Positions 30,940-39,883 of a stretch of DNA of 64,000 nt are shown piece after piece. How positions within the stretch are numbered: the first letter of the stretch is position 1; every line of letters starts with the position of its first letter. The notes under the pieces were generated by a model, which did no database searches, was not told the DNA's origin, and saw only the letters and a list, made by a program, of their open reading frames with translations. The DNA is from an uncultured Flavobacteriales bacterium (GTDB lineage Bacteria; Bacteroidota; Bacteroidia; Flavobacteriales_D; Crocinitomicaceae). Location of the stretch: positions 3,960-67,959 of the forward strand of contig CAJXCU010000004.1 in the NCBI GenBank assembly GCA_913051935.1, given 5' to 3'. The translations under genes were made by a program, and so were the position numbers.

Positions 30940-31350
30940 ATGCATAAAATTAAACTATTTCTATTTCTTTTTATATTGATTTTTACTTTTTCTTTTTGCT
31001 CTAAAGTAGAAGGGCCGGGTGGAACTGTAACCATTAAGGGTAAGGTTGTTGAAAAGGACCATGTTGGTGTAAATATTTTCGAGTACCCAGCCGTAGACCA
31101 AGATGTTTATATTATTTATGGTAATCAAAATTCCTTTTATGATGATGACGTCAAAACCAGCTATGATGGAAGTTTTGAATTTAGATACTTACAAAAGGGG
31201 GATTATCAGATTTTTGTCTATTCAGAGGTCAACCCAGCGGATCAAACTCCAGACAATCCAAGCTCAACCACGGCGGTATTGGAGACCGTCAGTGTTAGTG
31301 ATAACAATGAGGTCTATGACATGGGGACCATCTATATAGATAAATACTAA
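30940..31350 (+). CDS. Small secreted/lipoprotein with a carboxypeptidase-regulatory-like (CarboxypepD_reg) beta-sandwich
   Basis: MHKIKLFLFLFILIFTFSFCSK signal/lipobox. TVTIKGKVVEKD...DGSFEFRYLQKGDYQIFVY pattern. I chose the ATG at 30940 rather than the TTG at 30919. Confidence 0.5.
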   Translation: MHKIKLFLFLFILIFTFSFCSKVEGPGGTVTIKGKVVEKDHVGVNIFEYPAVDQDVYIIYGNQNSFYDDDVKTSYDGSFEFRYLQKGDYQIFVYSEVNPADQTPDNPSSTTAVLETVSVSDNNEVYDMGTIYIDKY

Positions 31351-32045
31351 TGAAGTCATTAGCTACTTTTATTTTATGTATTCTGGTAACTTTTTTCTCC
31401 GAGGCTCAAGATTTTGAACTTTGGAATGCGGTAGGTACGAGCTATAAAATCAATGATAGAATTTCTTTATCAGCAAGCTTTTCAAGTAGAGTAGGAGACC
31501 TTAAGGTCAAAACATTTTTTCCTGAAGTCACAGTTAAGTATAAGGTCGTTAAATGGGTGCATATTTCCATGGATTACCGTTTGGTTTCAAAGCGCGATGA
31601 CCTAGGGAATTATTTAGGTGCAAATCGCATAAACTTCAATGCAAAGCTCCGACATTCTTACAAAAGACTTAAATATAGCTGTAGAGTTCGCTATCAAATG
31701 AGTTCAAGAGGTGGGGGGAATCAAGCCTATGAGTCAGATTTTGATGAGGCTTTTCGCTTCAAGCCAGCCATTAAATATAACATACGTAAGAGTATTTTTG
31801 AACCCTTCTTTGGTCTTGATTTTTTCTATAACCCAACGAATGGTGTATTCGGAAATCGTTTTGATAAGGTTCGTTATGGGATAGGGACCTCTGTTGAGCT
31901 CGGTGATGCACATGATTTAGATGTATCCTTTAAACTAGACCAAAGGTTTAATTCTGGCAACAACGGGCATAAGTTGATTTTTGCATTGGCCTACACCGTG
32001 AACTTGAATAAGCTACTTCGTGGGGGGGCTAAAAAAGGCTTGTAG
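31350..32045 (+). CDS. Outer-membrane beta-barrel-like protein (DUF2490-like), function unknown
   Basis: Signal peptide MKSLATFILCILVTFFSEAQ. Alternating beta-strand pattern. Start overlaps the previous stop (TAATG). Confidence 0.45.
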   Translation: MKSLATFILCILVTFFSEAQDFELWNAVGTSYKINDRISLSASFSSRVGDLKVKTFFPEVTVKYKVVKWVHISMDYRLVSKRDDLGNYLGANRINFNAKLRHSYKRLKYSCRVRYQMSSRGGGNQAYESDFDEAFRFKPAIKYNIRKSIFEPFFGLDFFYNPTNGVFGNRFDKVRYGIGTSVELGDAHDLDVSFKLDQRFNSGNNGHKLIFALAYTVNLNKLLRGGAKKGL

Positions 32046-32051
32046 CTAATT

Positions 32052-33569
32052 TCATTGTCCCCTGTCTAGACACCGGTAATGAAGGGCCTCTGCAATATGG
32101 TTCGTTAATATTCCATCACTTCCTTCTAGATCGGCAATTGTTCGAGATACTTTCAGAATCCTGTGGTAGGATCTTGCAGAAAGTTTTAATTGATTCATGG
32201 CATTTTCTAGTAAATGATTGGCCTCATTTGGGAGGCTACAAAATGACTTAATTTGATCGGTAGATAAATTTGAATTCCATAAAATATGTGGTGAGTTATT
32301 AGATCTATTCTCCTGAATTTTTCGCGCGCGAATTACCCTTTTTTTAATATTTGAACTGGATTCTTGTTCTCTTCTTGATTGTAGCTCAATGAATGGAATA
32401 GCGGAGACTTGTACATGCATGTCAATCCGGTCTAATAGTGGACCCGAAATTTTAGAGCGATAGCGTTCCACGGCATAGCTGCTGCATTGACATACTTTGT
32501 TTGGGTCAGTAGCATGTCCGCACGGACAAGGGTTCATGGCTGCAATTAAGGTGAAATCAGCCGGAAAATCCGTCGCCATATTTGCCCTGGAGATACTTAC
32601 TTTACCCTCCTCTAAAGGCTGTCTTAATACCTCCAAAGCATTTCTTTTGAATTCGGGTAATTCATCTAGAAATAAAATGCCATTGTGTGCCATTGAAATT
32701 TCTCCTGGCCTAGGTGTTGTTCCCCCACCTACAAGAGCAACATCAGATATGGTGTGATGAGGAGCTCTAAAGGGACGCTCTTGAATAAGCCCTTTTAGCT
32801 CTCCTTTTCTAAATGCGATACTGTGGATACTGGTTGTCTCTATAGCCTCGTTTAAGCTCAATGGTGGCAATATACTCGGCATTCGTTTTGCGAGCATTGA
32901 TTTTCCGGCTCCCGGTGGACCAATTAATAATAGGTTGTGACCGCCTGCGGCCGCGATTTCGAAGGCTCTTTTTGCATGGATTTGTCCTTGTACATCCTTG
33001 AAGTCCTTTGTTTCAATGATTGTTTTTTGTTTATTCGAGCTATAATTCGGGATAGAGCACTCTTTATTTTGTAGAAAATTAATAACTTCTTTTAAGTTTT
33101 GAACAGGTATGATATCTACTTCCTTTAACCTCCTAACTTCGTCGTAGTTTGAAGCCGGTACGATGATGCCCTTGAAGCCTTCTTTTTTTGCCTGAATGGT
33201 TCTAGATAAAAGTCCTTTACAGGGTTGAATCGTTCCATCCAAAGACAGCTCTCCTACAAGGAGGTAATCTGATAAATATTGCGATGATAATTGATTGCTT
33301 ACTGCAAGAATACCAATGGCAATGGGGAGGTCGAAAACAGAACCTTCTTTTTTCAGATCAGCGGGTGCCATGTTTATGGTGATTTCACGTCCTGGAAATT
33401 TGAGATCATTATTTTTAAATGCAGCTTTTATACGTTGATGACTTTCTTTAACGGCATTGTCTGGTAATCCAACCAAGAAGAAATTGATCCCTTTGCCTAA
33501 ATAAACCTCTACGGTTATTGTAATTGCACTTAATCCATAGAGTGTACTTGAGTATGTTTTTACGAGCAT
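32052..33569 (-). CDS. comM: YifB/ComM family Mg-chelatase-like AAA+ ATPase
   Basis: Lon-protease-like N-terminal domain. Walker A LLLIGPPGAGKSM. Walker B ILFLDELPEF. Cys cluster NPCPCGH...CQC. C-terminal LSARSYHRILKVSRTIADL. Confidence 0.9.
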   Translation of the reverse strand: MLVKTYSSTLYGLSAITITVEVYLGKGINFFLVGLPDNAVKESHQRIKAAFKNNDLKFPGREITINMAPADLKKEGSVFDLPIAIGILAVSNQLSSQYLSDYLLVGELSLDGTIQPCKGLLSRTIQAKKEGFKGIIVPASNYDEVRRLKEVDIIPVQNLKEVINFLQNKECSIPNYSSNKQKTIIETKDFKDVQGQIHAKRAFEIAAAGGHNLLLIGPPGAGKSMLAKRMPSILPPLSLNEAIETTSIHSIAFRKGELKGLIQERPFRAPHHTISDVALVGGGTTPRPGEISMAHNGILFLDELPEFKRNALEVLRQPLEEGKVSISRANMATDFPADFTLIAAMNPCPCGHATDPNKVCQCSSYAVERYRSKISGPLLDRIDMHVQVSAIPFIELQSRREQESSSNIKKRVIRARKIQENRSNNSPHILWNSNLSTDQIKSFCSLPNEANHLLENAMNQLKLSARSYHRILKVSRTIADLEGSDGILTNHIAEALHYRCLDRGQ

Positions 33570-33741
33570 ATGACTTTTTATTTCTATTTAAGATACCTTC
33601 TCCCATTCAATTATAAAACTTGATTCAGTTCCGATTTTTTGCTATTTTATATAGTGTTTATCCTTGGGGTATTTTGTGTAAATGGCGATGTATGACTTAA
33701 AATTTCTATCGTATATTTATTCGATTAAAGAAGGTTAAAGT

Positions 33742-34656
33742 ATGATTCACGGAACGCATAATGCTGAGGCAGATACTAGAAATGAAAATGTTTGGATTTC
33801 AATCAATGGTGAATTTTTTCAACGGAATGAGGCAAAAATATCAGTCTTCGATAGCGGTTACCTTGTAGGGGATGGTGTGTGGGAGGGAATTCGGCTGCAC
33901 CACGGTAAATTGGTATTTATTGAGGATCACCTAAAGCGACTCTGGACAGCAGCGAAAGCCACGGGTATAAAGCTTCCTTTTACTAAGGACGAGCTAATTG
34001 CTTCCATCAAAAGTACCTTGTCTAAAAATGAAATGAAGGATGGTGTTCATGTGCGTATTATGGTAACTAGAGGTATTAAAAAGACACCTTCTCAAGATCC
34101 GAGGTTGACAATTTCGGGCCCAAACGTGGTAATCATTGCTGAATTTAAAAAAGCATCAGAGGAGACGAAATCAAAAGGTATTACACTTTTTACAAGCTCC
34201 TTCAGAAGAGGGCGTCCTGATTATTTGGACCCGAAGCTGAATTGTCATAGTAAGCTTCATGAGGTACAGGCATTGATACAAGCGATTGAGGCAGGTGCAG
34301 ATGAAGCCCTGATGTTGGATGTCAATGGTTTTGTAAGTACATGTAATGCCACCAACTTTTTTATTGTGAAGGATGGTGAAGTTTGGACCTCAACGGGTGC
34401 TTATTGTATGAATGGAATTACAAGACAAAAGGTCATTGAAATTTGTGCTAAAAATAAGATTCCTTGTCATCAGAAGAATTTTTCGCTCTATGATACGTAC
34501 AGCGCTGATGAAGCGTTTGTCACGGGAACATTTGGAGGTATAACACCAGTAACGCGGATTGATGGTAAAACAATAGAGAATCAAAATAACAAATCTTTAA
34601 GGGAGAACTTGAATCGTTTATATGCAGAATTAATCGCCAATGAAAGCAAATTCTAA
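33742..34656 (+). CDS. Aminotransferase class IV (branched-chain amino acid / D-amino acid aminotransferase fold type IV)
   Basis: VFDSGYLVGDGVWEGIR, the Lys-containing block DPKLNCHSKL, and EALMLDVNGFVSTCNATNFFIV. Confidence 0.75.
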   Translation: MIHGTHNAEADTRNENVWISINGEFFQRNEAKISVFDSGYLVGDGVWEGIRLHHGKLVFIEDHLKRLWTAAKATGIKLPFTKDELIASIKSTLSKNEMKDGVHVRIMVTRGIKKTPSQDPRLTISGPNVVIIAEFKKASEETKSKGITLFTSSFRRGRPDYLDPKLNCHSKLHEVQALIQAIEAGADEALMLDVNGFVSTCNATNFFIVKDGEVWTSTGAYCMNGITRQKVIEICAKNKIPCHQKNFSLYDTYSADEAFVTGTFGGITPVTRIDGKTIENQNNKSLRENLNRLYAELIANESKF

Positions 34657-35395
34657 TTGTAAAAGACTTTTTCTCTGGTCTGGGCCAAGAAATATATCCA
34701 CTACTCTGATGTATTCATTTGCACAGCGATTAGATACTGTCGTTTTTGATGAGCCACTATATGCGGCATACCTCTCAAATTCAAATGCACATAATTATCA
34801 TCCTGGGGCAAAGGAAATCATGGCCTCAATGACTAGTTCATACCAAAGTGTAATCAGTCAAATGCTCGGTCCCCAGAAAAAACCTGTCGCATTTTTTAAA
34901 AACATGGCGCATCATTTATTTGAACCTGATATTAAATTGATGTCTAAGGGTATGAATATTATTTTAACGCGCAATCCTGTTGAAATGCTACCTTCTTTTG
35001 ACAAGGTAATTTCAAATCCTAAAATCGAAGATGTCGGTTACAAAGCGCATGTGGATCTTTTGAAATATTTAGATAGTAATAAGCTGGATTATGTTGTTCT
35101 TGATGCTACCTTTTTATTGAAGAACCCAGAAGTGATTCTGAGAAAGCTTTGCAAAGCTTGTGGTATAGCATTTGATCTAAATATGCTAGAATGGACCTCG
35201 GGGTCTCGGACTGAAGACGGCGTTTGGGCAAAATATTGGTATCACAATGTGCATCGTTCAACGGGTTTTCAGCCGTATAGTGAAAAAACAGATCCTTTTC
35301 CAAAGCATTTATTACCCCTGCTAAAAGAATGTGAAACATATTACAATATTCTTCAGTCCAAAGCGCTGAATTTGAGTAAAAAAAACGGGGAGTAA
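34640..35395 (+). CDS. Sulfotransferase-like P-loop fold protein, function unknown
   Basis: N-terminal LWSGPRNISTTLMY resembles the 5'-PSB loop of sulfotransferases. 251 aa. Overlaps the aminotransferase gene by 17 nt. Confidence 0.45.
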   Translation: MKANSNCKRLFLWSGPRNISTTLMYSFAQRLDTVVFDEPLYAAYLSNSNAHNYHPGAKEIMASMTSSYQSVISQMLGPQKKPVAFFKNMAHHLFEPDIKLMSKGMNIILTRNPVEMLPSFDKVISNPKIEDVGYKAHVDLLKYLDSNKLDYVVLDATFLLKNPEVILRKLCKACGIAFDLNMLEWTSGSRTEDGVWAKYWYHNVHRSTGFQPYSEKTDPFPKHLLPLLKECETYYNILQSKALNLSKKNGE

Positions 35396-35406
35396 AAGAT
35401 CCCCGT
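35378..35406 (-). terminator. Rho-independent terminator for the minus-strand T9SS cargo gene
   Basis: Hairpin ACGGGGA(35385-35391)/TCCCCGT(35400-35406). On the minus strand it is followed by a U7 run (complement of A7 at 35378-35384). It overlaps the stop codon of the plus-strand gene. Confidence 0.6.
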
Positions 35407-35426
35407 AATTTCATATTGAATACGGC

Positions 35427-36707
35427 TTAGTTCTTTAAAATCCTTTTCGTAGAAACGGAATTGTTCGTGCGAGCAACAAGCATGTACGCGCCATTTACAA
35501 GATTAGAAAGATCAATGCTTGTGAATTTATTTGCAACATTTACGCTTTTCACCACTTTCCCTGTAATATCAATCACCTGGATAGATTGTATTTCATCATC
35601 TGAGCGAATATCAATGCCTGAAGTAAATGGATTAGGCGCAACTGACAAATTTAAGTTATCCTCTACCAATCCAACAATCGGTAATTCATCTCTCACCAAT
35701 ACAAATTGCCATACACCACCACCAAAATCTATTTGTGCGGTCATTGTTTCTCCATCGACAGAGAAAGAGATATCATACTTAATTTCGGAAACCACCTGCG
35801 ATGGGTCTGCAAGTTCTCCATCATTGGTAACTTTTGCCAAACCAAGATAAGCACCTTCACCCGCTATTGTTACTTTATTTACTTCCTCGTCAAAGCTCCA
35901 TGTGTAGGCACCGGAACCATCGTGCGGTGCTACAGGGGCATCACATGCATCTGCTCCACCTTGCCATGCTTCTATCCATGTTTCTGCTTGTAATATATTT
36001 TCAAAAGTGCCATCCTCATTGAAGACGTAAAAGTCATCAAATAAGCATGATCGAGTTTCTACATCTTCTGCTGTGTTTTGGAACCAAGATAAGTCTGAGG
36101 CACTTGGTCCAACAGCTAATGCGCCTGCATCAGGCTTCAATTTCCACGCACCTTCAATACTTACTTCTACGGGTGGTTCTCCGGTTTCTTTGTCTAGAAT
36201 AAATTGCCATACACCTCCTCCAAAGTTGATGTTTAGTGTCATTCTATTTCCATCATTGGAGAGTGTATAATTATAAGTAATAGAAGCCACGGCTTCTCCT
36301 GGATTTGCCAATTCTCCAGTATTATGAACTTTTGCTAACCCTAAAAAAGCTCCTGTTCCATTCACAGTAACAGTTCCTGCTGATTCGGTCCAAGTATATG
36401 AACCTGTTCCATCATGTGGAGCAATTGGCGCTCCACAACCCTCTGCAACACCTTGCCAGCCTTCAAGCCAAGTATCAGCTCCTAAAATATTCTCAAATGT
36501 ACCATCAGGATTGAATACATATTCATCATCAAAGAGACATGCTCTTGTAGTAATGTCTGCCGATGTGCTTTGGAACCAACTCAGATTACCTAGGCTTGGG
36601 CCAACAGCTAGCGCACCTGCTTCTGCTGCAAGTTTCCATGTTCCTTCTATTTGGCCTATTGCGCTCGCGAGCGGTAGAAGGCATAAAAGTGTAAAAATTT
36701 TTTTCAT
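35427..36707 (-). CDS. Secreted protein with two tandem homologous domains of about 155 aa (possible glycan-binding modules) and a type-A T9SS C-terminal sorting domain
   Basis: Signal peptide. Domain 1 is 36192-36650 and domain 2 is 35694-36158 (IEGTWKLAAEAGALAVGPS...DDEYVFNPDGTFENIL versus IEGAWKLKPDAGALAVGPS...DDFYVFNEDGTFENIL). C-terminus LSVAPNPFTSGIDI...GAYMLVARTNNSVSTKRILKN. Confidence 0.7.
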   Translation of the reverse strand: MKKIFTLLCLLPLASAIGQIEGTWKLAAEAGALAVGPSLGNLSWFQSTSADITTRACLFDDEYVFNPDGTFENILGADTWLEGWQGVAEGCGAPIAPHDGTGSYTWTESAGTVTVNGTGAFLGLAKVHNTGELANPGEAVASITYNYTLSNDGNRMTLNINFGGGVWQFILDKETGEPPVEVSIEGAWKLKPDAGALAVGPSASDLSWFQNTAEDVETRSCLFDDFYVFNEDGTFENILQAETWIEAWQGGADACDAPVAPHDGSGAYTWSFDEEVNKVTIAGEGAYLGLAKVTNDGELADPSQVVSEIKYDISFSVDGETMTAQIDFGGGVWQFVLVRDELPIVGLVEDNLNLSVAPNPFTSGIDIRSDDEIQSIQVIDITGKVVKSVNVANKFTSIDLSNLVNGAYMLVARTNNSVSTKRILKN

Positions 36708-36843
36708 AAGTTAAAATGGTTTTAATATGTGTCGAAATGACACCATGAAATTATTATAAATAAATCAGATTTCAAAGTACGAATTGCCGAATTTGAGTAA
36801 GATTATTTGTGTCAATAAAACGTTATGAAACTCAAGGTATGAA

Positions 36844-38037
36844 CTAGTTTAAGACATTTGACTCCTTTCCGAATTGTCGAAAGGAAAATAGAACAGCTAC
36901 ACCGGCTAAAATGAGCATTACCGAGAAGGACAATGCAAATAACAAATAGTCAATATTACCTGCAATTAGTGATTTTGTTGTGAGCACAATATTTAAAATA
37001 GGGATACAGGCGGTGGCTATGTTTAATTCAATCCCTGGGAATAGTCCTACCATGGCAGGGACGATTACGACTATATTCATTGGAGCAATAATACTTTGTG
37101 CTTCTTTGAAGGTCTTCGTGTAAACTGATACGGGGACCATCACACCGGCAAAGAATATCGTCAAGGGAAGAAGTAAAAAAAATAGTTTGATGATAAAAGT
37201 GGGTGTCAGAATAGTTGAGATTACTTCAACAAGCTTAACGTCTGGAACCATATCGAGGTATTGAATCGAAAGGAAGAGCCCTAAGAGTGCCGAAAAGGCA
37301 GCCATTAAACCGGAAAGAATAATGACCAACATTTTTCCTACAAGAATTTTCCAACGGTGAACAGGCGTGGACAACAAGGTCTCGATGGTTCCCCTTTCTT
37401 TTTCTCCAGTAAAAAGATCGATGGCTGGGTACATGCATCCCATGAATCCAAAAGCAATAAAAATATAAGGTAGAAATCCACCTGCGAGTTCGCCAATCAT
37501 TTGCTGTTCAGTCGCTGAATTCTCATATATGACCTCAAATGGTTTTAGGGCTTCTTCATTTATTCCTAATGCATCATATCGCAGAAAGCGTGCTTCTGCT
37601 TCAATAATCTGCATGTAACCTTTTGCACGACCTCGATTTCCTATTTTCGTTTTGTCTAGTGTCCATTTCACTACCGCCTTTTCATTTGCATCTAATTTTT
37701 TTTGAACATTGGGCGCATAAAAAAGTAAAAGGTCTAATTTTTCATTTTTGTAGTCATCTAGCATTTGACTACTATCACCTTCATATGCTACTAGCTCTTT
37801 AGGTCCAAAAGACGACGGGATGTCATATAGTTTTTGAGCCAAATAATCAGAGGTATCTCCAATAATTCCAATTTTTATTTTTTTGTCTTCTGCAGAATCT
37901 TCAAAAGAACCTGATATCGAGGTCACCACGTTAATCAATAGAGGAAAAACGAGCATCGGAATGACAACCATCATGATCATTGTTCTTTTATCCCTTAAAG
38001 TTTCTTTCAGCTCTTTTTTAAAAATTTTAAAAATCAT
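36844..38037 (-). CDS. ABC-2 type transporter permease (NatB-like)
   Basis: 397 aa. N-terminal TM, large extracytoplasmic loop, then 5 C-terminal TMs. Directly downstream of an ABC ATPase. Confidence 0.75.
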   Translation of the reverse strand: MIFKIFKKELKETLRDKRTMIMMVVIPMLVFPLLINVVTSISGSFEDSAEDKKIKIGIIGDTSDYLAQKLYDIPSSFGPKELVAYEGDSSQMLDDYKNEKLDLLLFYAPNVQKKLDANEKAVVKWTLDKTKIGNRGRAKGYMQIIEAEARFLRYDALGINEEALKPFEVIYENSATEQQMIGELAGGFLPYIFIAFGFMGCMYPAIDLFTGEKERGTIETLLSTPVHRWKILVGKMLVIILSGLMAAFSALLGLFLSIQYLDMVPDVKLVEVISTILTPTFIIKLFFLLLPLTIFFAGVMVPVSVYTKTFKEAQSIIAPMNIVVIVPAMVGLFPGIELNIATACIPILNIVLTTKSLIAGNIDYLLFALSFSVMLILAGVAVLFSFRQFGKESNVLN

Positions 38038-38039
38038 AA

Positions 38040-38798
38040 TTAGGATTGAACGATATTAATGAATGCTTGGGTAAGGCTTTTGTCTTTCATTTCTGAACGG
38101 AAATCTTTCATTGTTCCATGGTGTTTTAGTTCCCCATTGTGAATGATTGCTAAACGATCAGATAAAAGGTCCACCTCGCCCATAATATGACTAGAGAAAA
38201 TAACGGTTTTATCTTGCTCTTTACAGGAGCGAATGAGTTTAATAATACTTTCGGCTGTAATGACATCAAGACCACTCGTAGGCTCATCAAAAATAAGGAC
38301 CTCAGGATCGTGTATCATTGTTCTACAAATAGATACCTTTTGTTTCATACCTGTGCTGAGTTTTCCGATTTTTTTGTCCGCAAAACCCTTCATATCCAAA
38401 AGGTCATAGAGATAAGCTTTTCTCTCTTTCAGTAGTGCTTTTGGTACATTATAGAGAGAGGCAAAGTAATCAATAATTTCATTTGCATTAAGTCTTGCAT
38501 ATAATCCAGTTGAACCTGTTAAAAATCCAATTTTCATTCTAGCTTCTCTAGGAAATCGAATTGCATCAATACCGCAAATTTCAACCTTTCCAGATGTGGG
38601 TTGAATAATGGTTGATATCATTCTCAGCGTAGTTGTTTTTCCAGCCCCATTGGGACCCAGTAAAGAAAACACCTCTCCCGGATTACACATAAAACTGACG
38701 TTTTCTACTGCTCTGGTGATATTTTCATTTGTATTTAGCTCTTTTTTTTGAGCTTTACTTAATGTAAATTCTTTTGTGAGTTGCTCTACTTTGATCAT
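38040..38798 (-). CDS. ABC transporter ATP-binding protein (NatA-like)
   Basis: Walker A GPNGAGKTT, signature LSTGMKQK, Walker B LIFDEPTSGLD, H-loop SSH. Confidence 0.9.
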   Translation of the reverse strand: MIKVEQLTKEFTLSKAQKKELNTNENITRAVENVSFMCNPGEVFSLLGPNGAGKTTTLRMISTIIQPTSGKVEICGIDAIRFPREARMKIGFLTGSTGLYARLNANEIIDYFASLYNVPKALLKERKAYLYDLLDMKGFADKKIGKLSTGMKQKVSICRTMIHDPEVLIFDEPTSGLDVITAESIIKLIRSCKEQDKTVIFSSHIMGEVDLLSDRLAIIHNGELKHHGTMKDFRSEMKDKSLTQAFINIVQS

Positions 38799-39877
38799 CT
38801 TATTCTTTTAAGACTCCTGTTTTCCAAGGCAATCGCTTTGTTTTTGTTGGCCAGTTGTCCACATGCTGCATCAATATCTTTACCTCGGCTTCTTCTAATG
38901 TTTACGATGAGGTTTTTTGATTCTAAATAGGCAGCGAATTTATCTACCTTTTTTGCCTCTGCTTGCTGGAATGGTTCGCCATCAATAGGATTATATTCAA
39001 TAATATTTATTTTACAGGGTACACATTTTGCAAATTCAGCAAGCTCGCGGGCGTCCTCAATGGTATCATTGAATTGATCGAATATAATGTATTCAAAAGT
39101 AACTCTTGACCCGGTTTTTTCATGAAAATATTCTAATGCCTCCTTGAGTGATTCGAGATTGTTATTCGAATTAATTTCCATGATTTTATTTCTCTTTTCG
39201 TCATTCGCCGCATGAAGTGAAAGGGCCAGGTTGAACTTGACTTCATCATCTCCAAGCCGACGAATCATTTTATGAATTCCTGCTGTAGAAACTGTAATCC
39301 TTTTTGGTGACATTCCTAATCCATCGCTTGAGCATATTTTGTTAATTGATTCGAGCACATTTTTATAATTTAGCAAGGGCTCGCCCATTCCCATATAAAC
39401 GATATTTGATAAGGATTTTTCATGACGCTTTTCGGCTTCCTTTTTGAGATAATAGACCTGGTCGTATATTTCACCAGCCGAAAGGTTGCGTAATAGTTTT
39501 AATTTTCCAGTTGCACAAAATGCGCATGCCAGGCTGCATCCAACTTGTGACGAAATGCAAGCTGTCATTCTTCTTGGTGTAGGTATTAAAACACCCTCTA
39601 CAACTGATTTTTCATCAATTGAAAAGGCACATTTCAATGTTTTATCGTTACTTAGCTGTTCGTCTTTCAGTGCGATTTTATCTATCGAGAAGTTTTCTGA
39701 AAGAACTTCTTGTAGGTTTTTTCCTATATTTTTCATTTCAAGGAAAGAACCCGCATTCTTTTTCCAAAGCCACTCGTAAATTTGTTTAGATCGAAATTTT
39801 GGTATGTTCTTTTCTTCAAGAAAAGATTTTAATTCTTCAAGTGAGAGGGACCGAATGCTTGTGAGCTTCTTGGTCAT
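38795..39877 (-). CDS. rlmN: 23S rRNA (adenine2503-C2)/tRNA methyltransferase, radical SAM
   Basis: FRSKQIYEWLW N-terminus, SSQVGCSLACAFCATG (CxxxCxxC), MGMGEPLLN, and the C-terminal catalytic Cys block DIDAACGQL. Confidence 0.9.
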   Translation of the reverse strand: MTKKLTSIRSLSLEELKSFLEEKNIPKFRSKQIYEWLWKKNAGSFLEMKNIGKNLQEVLSENFSIDKIALKDEQLSNDKTLKCAFSIDEKSVVEGVLIPTPRRMTACISSQVGCSLACAFCATGKLKLLRNLSAGEIYDQVYYLKKEAEKRHEKSLSNIVYMGMGEPLLNYKNVLESINKICSSDGLGMSPKRITVSTAGIHKMIRRLGDDEVKFNLALSLHAANDEKRNKIMEINSNNNLESLKEALEYFHEKTGSRVTFEYIIFDQFNDTIEDARELAEFAKCVPCKINIIEYNPIDGEPFQQAEAKKVDKFAAYLESKNLIVNIRRSRGKDIDAACGQLANKNKAIALENRSLKRIR

Positions 39878-39883
39878 ACAAAA

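Noticed and set aside
35461-36714. Several 60-130-aa plus-strand ORFs (35461..35850, 35706..35993, 35834..36022, 36073..36270, 36511..36714)
   Set aside because: All are antisense to the duplicated-domain T9SS cargo gene. The duplicated structure produces duplicated shadow ORFs.
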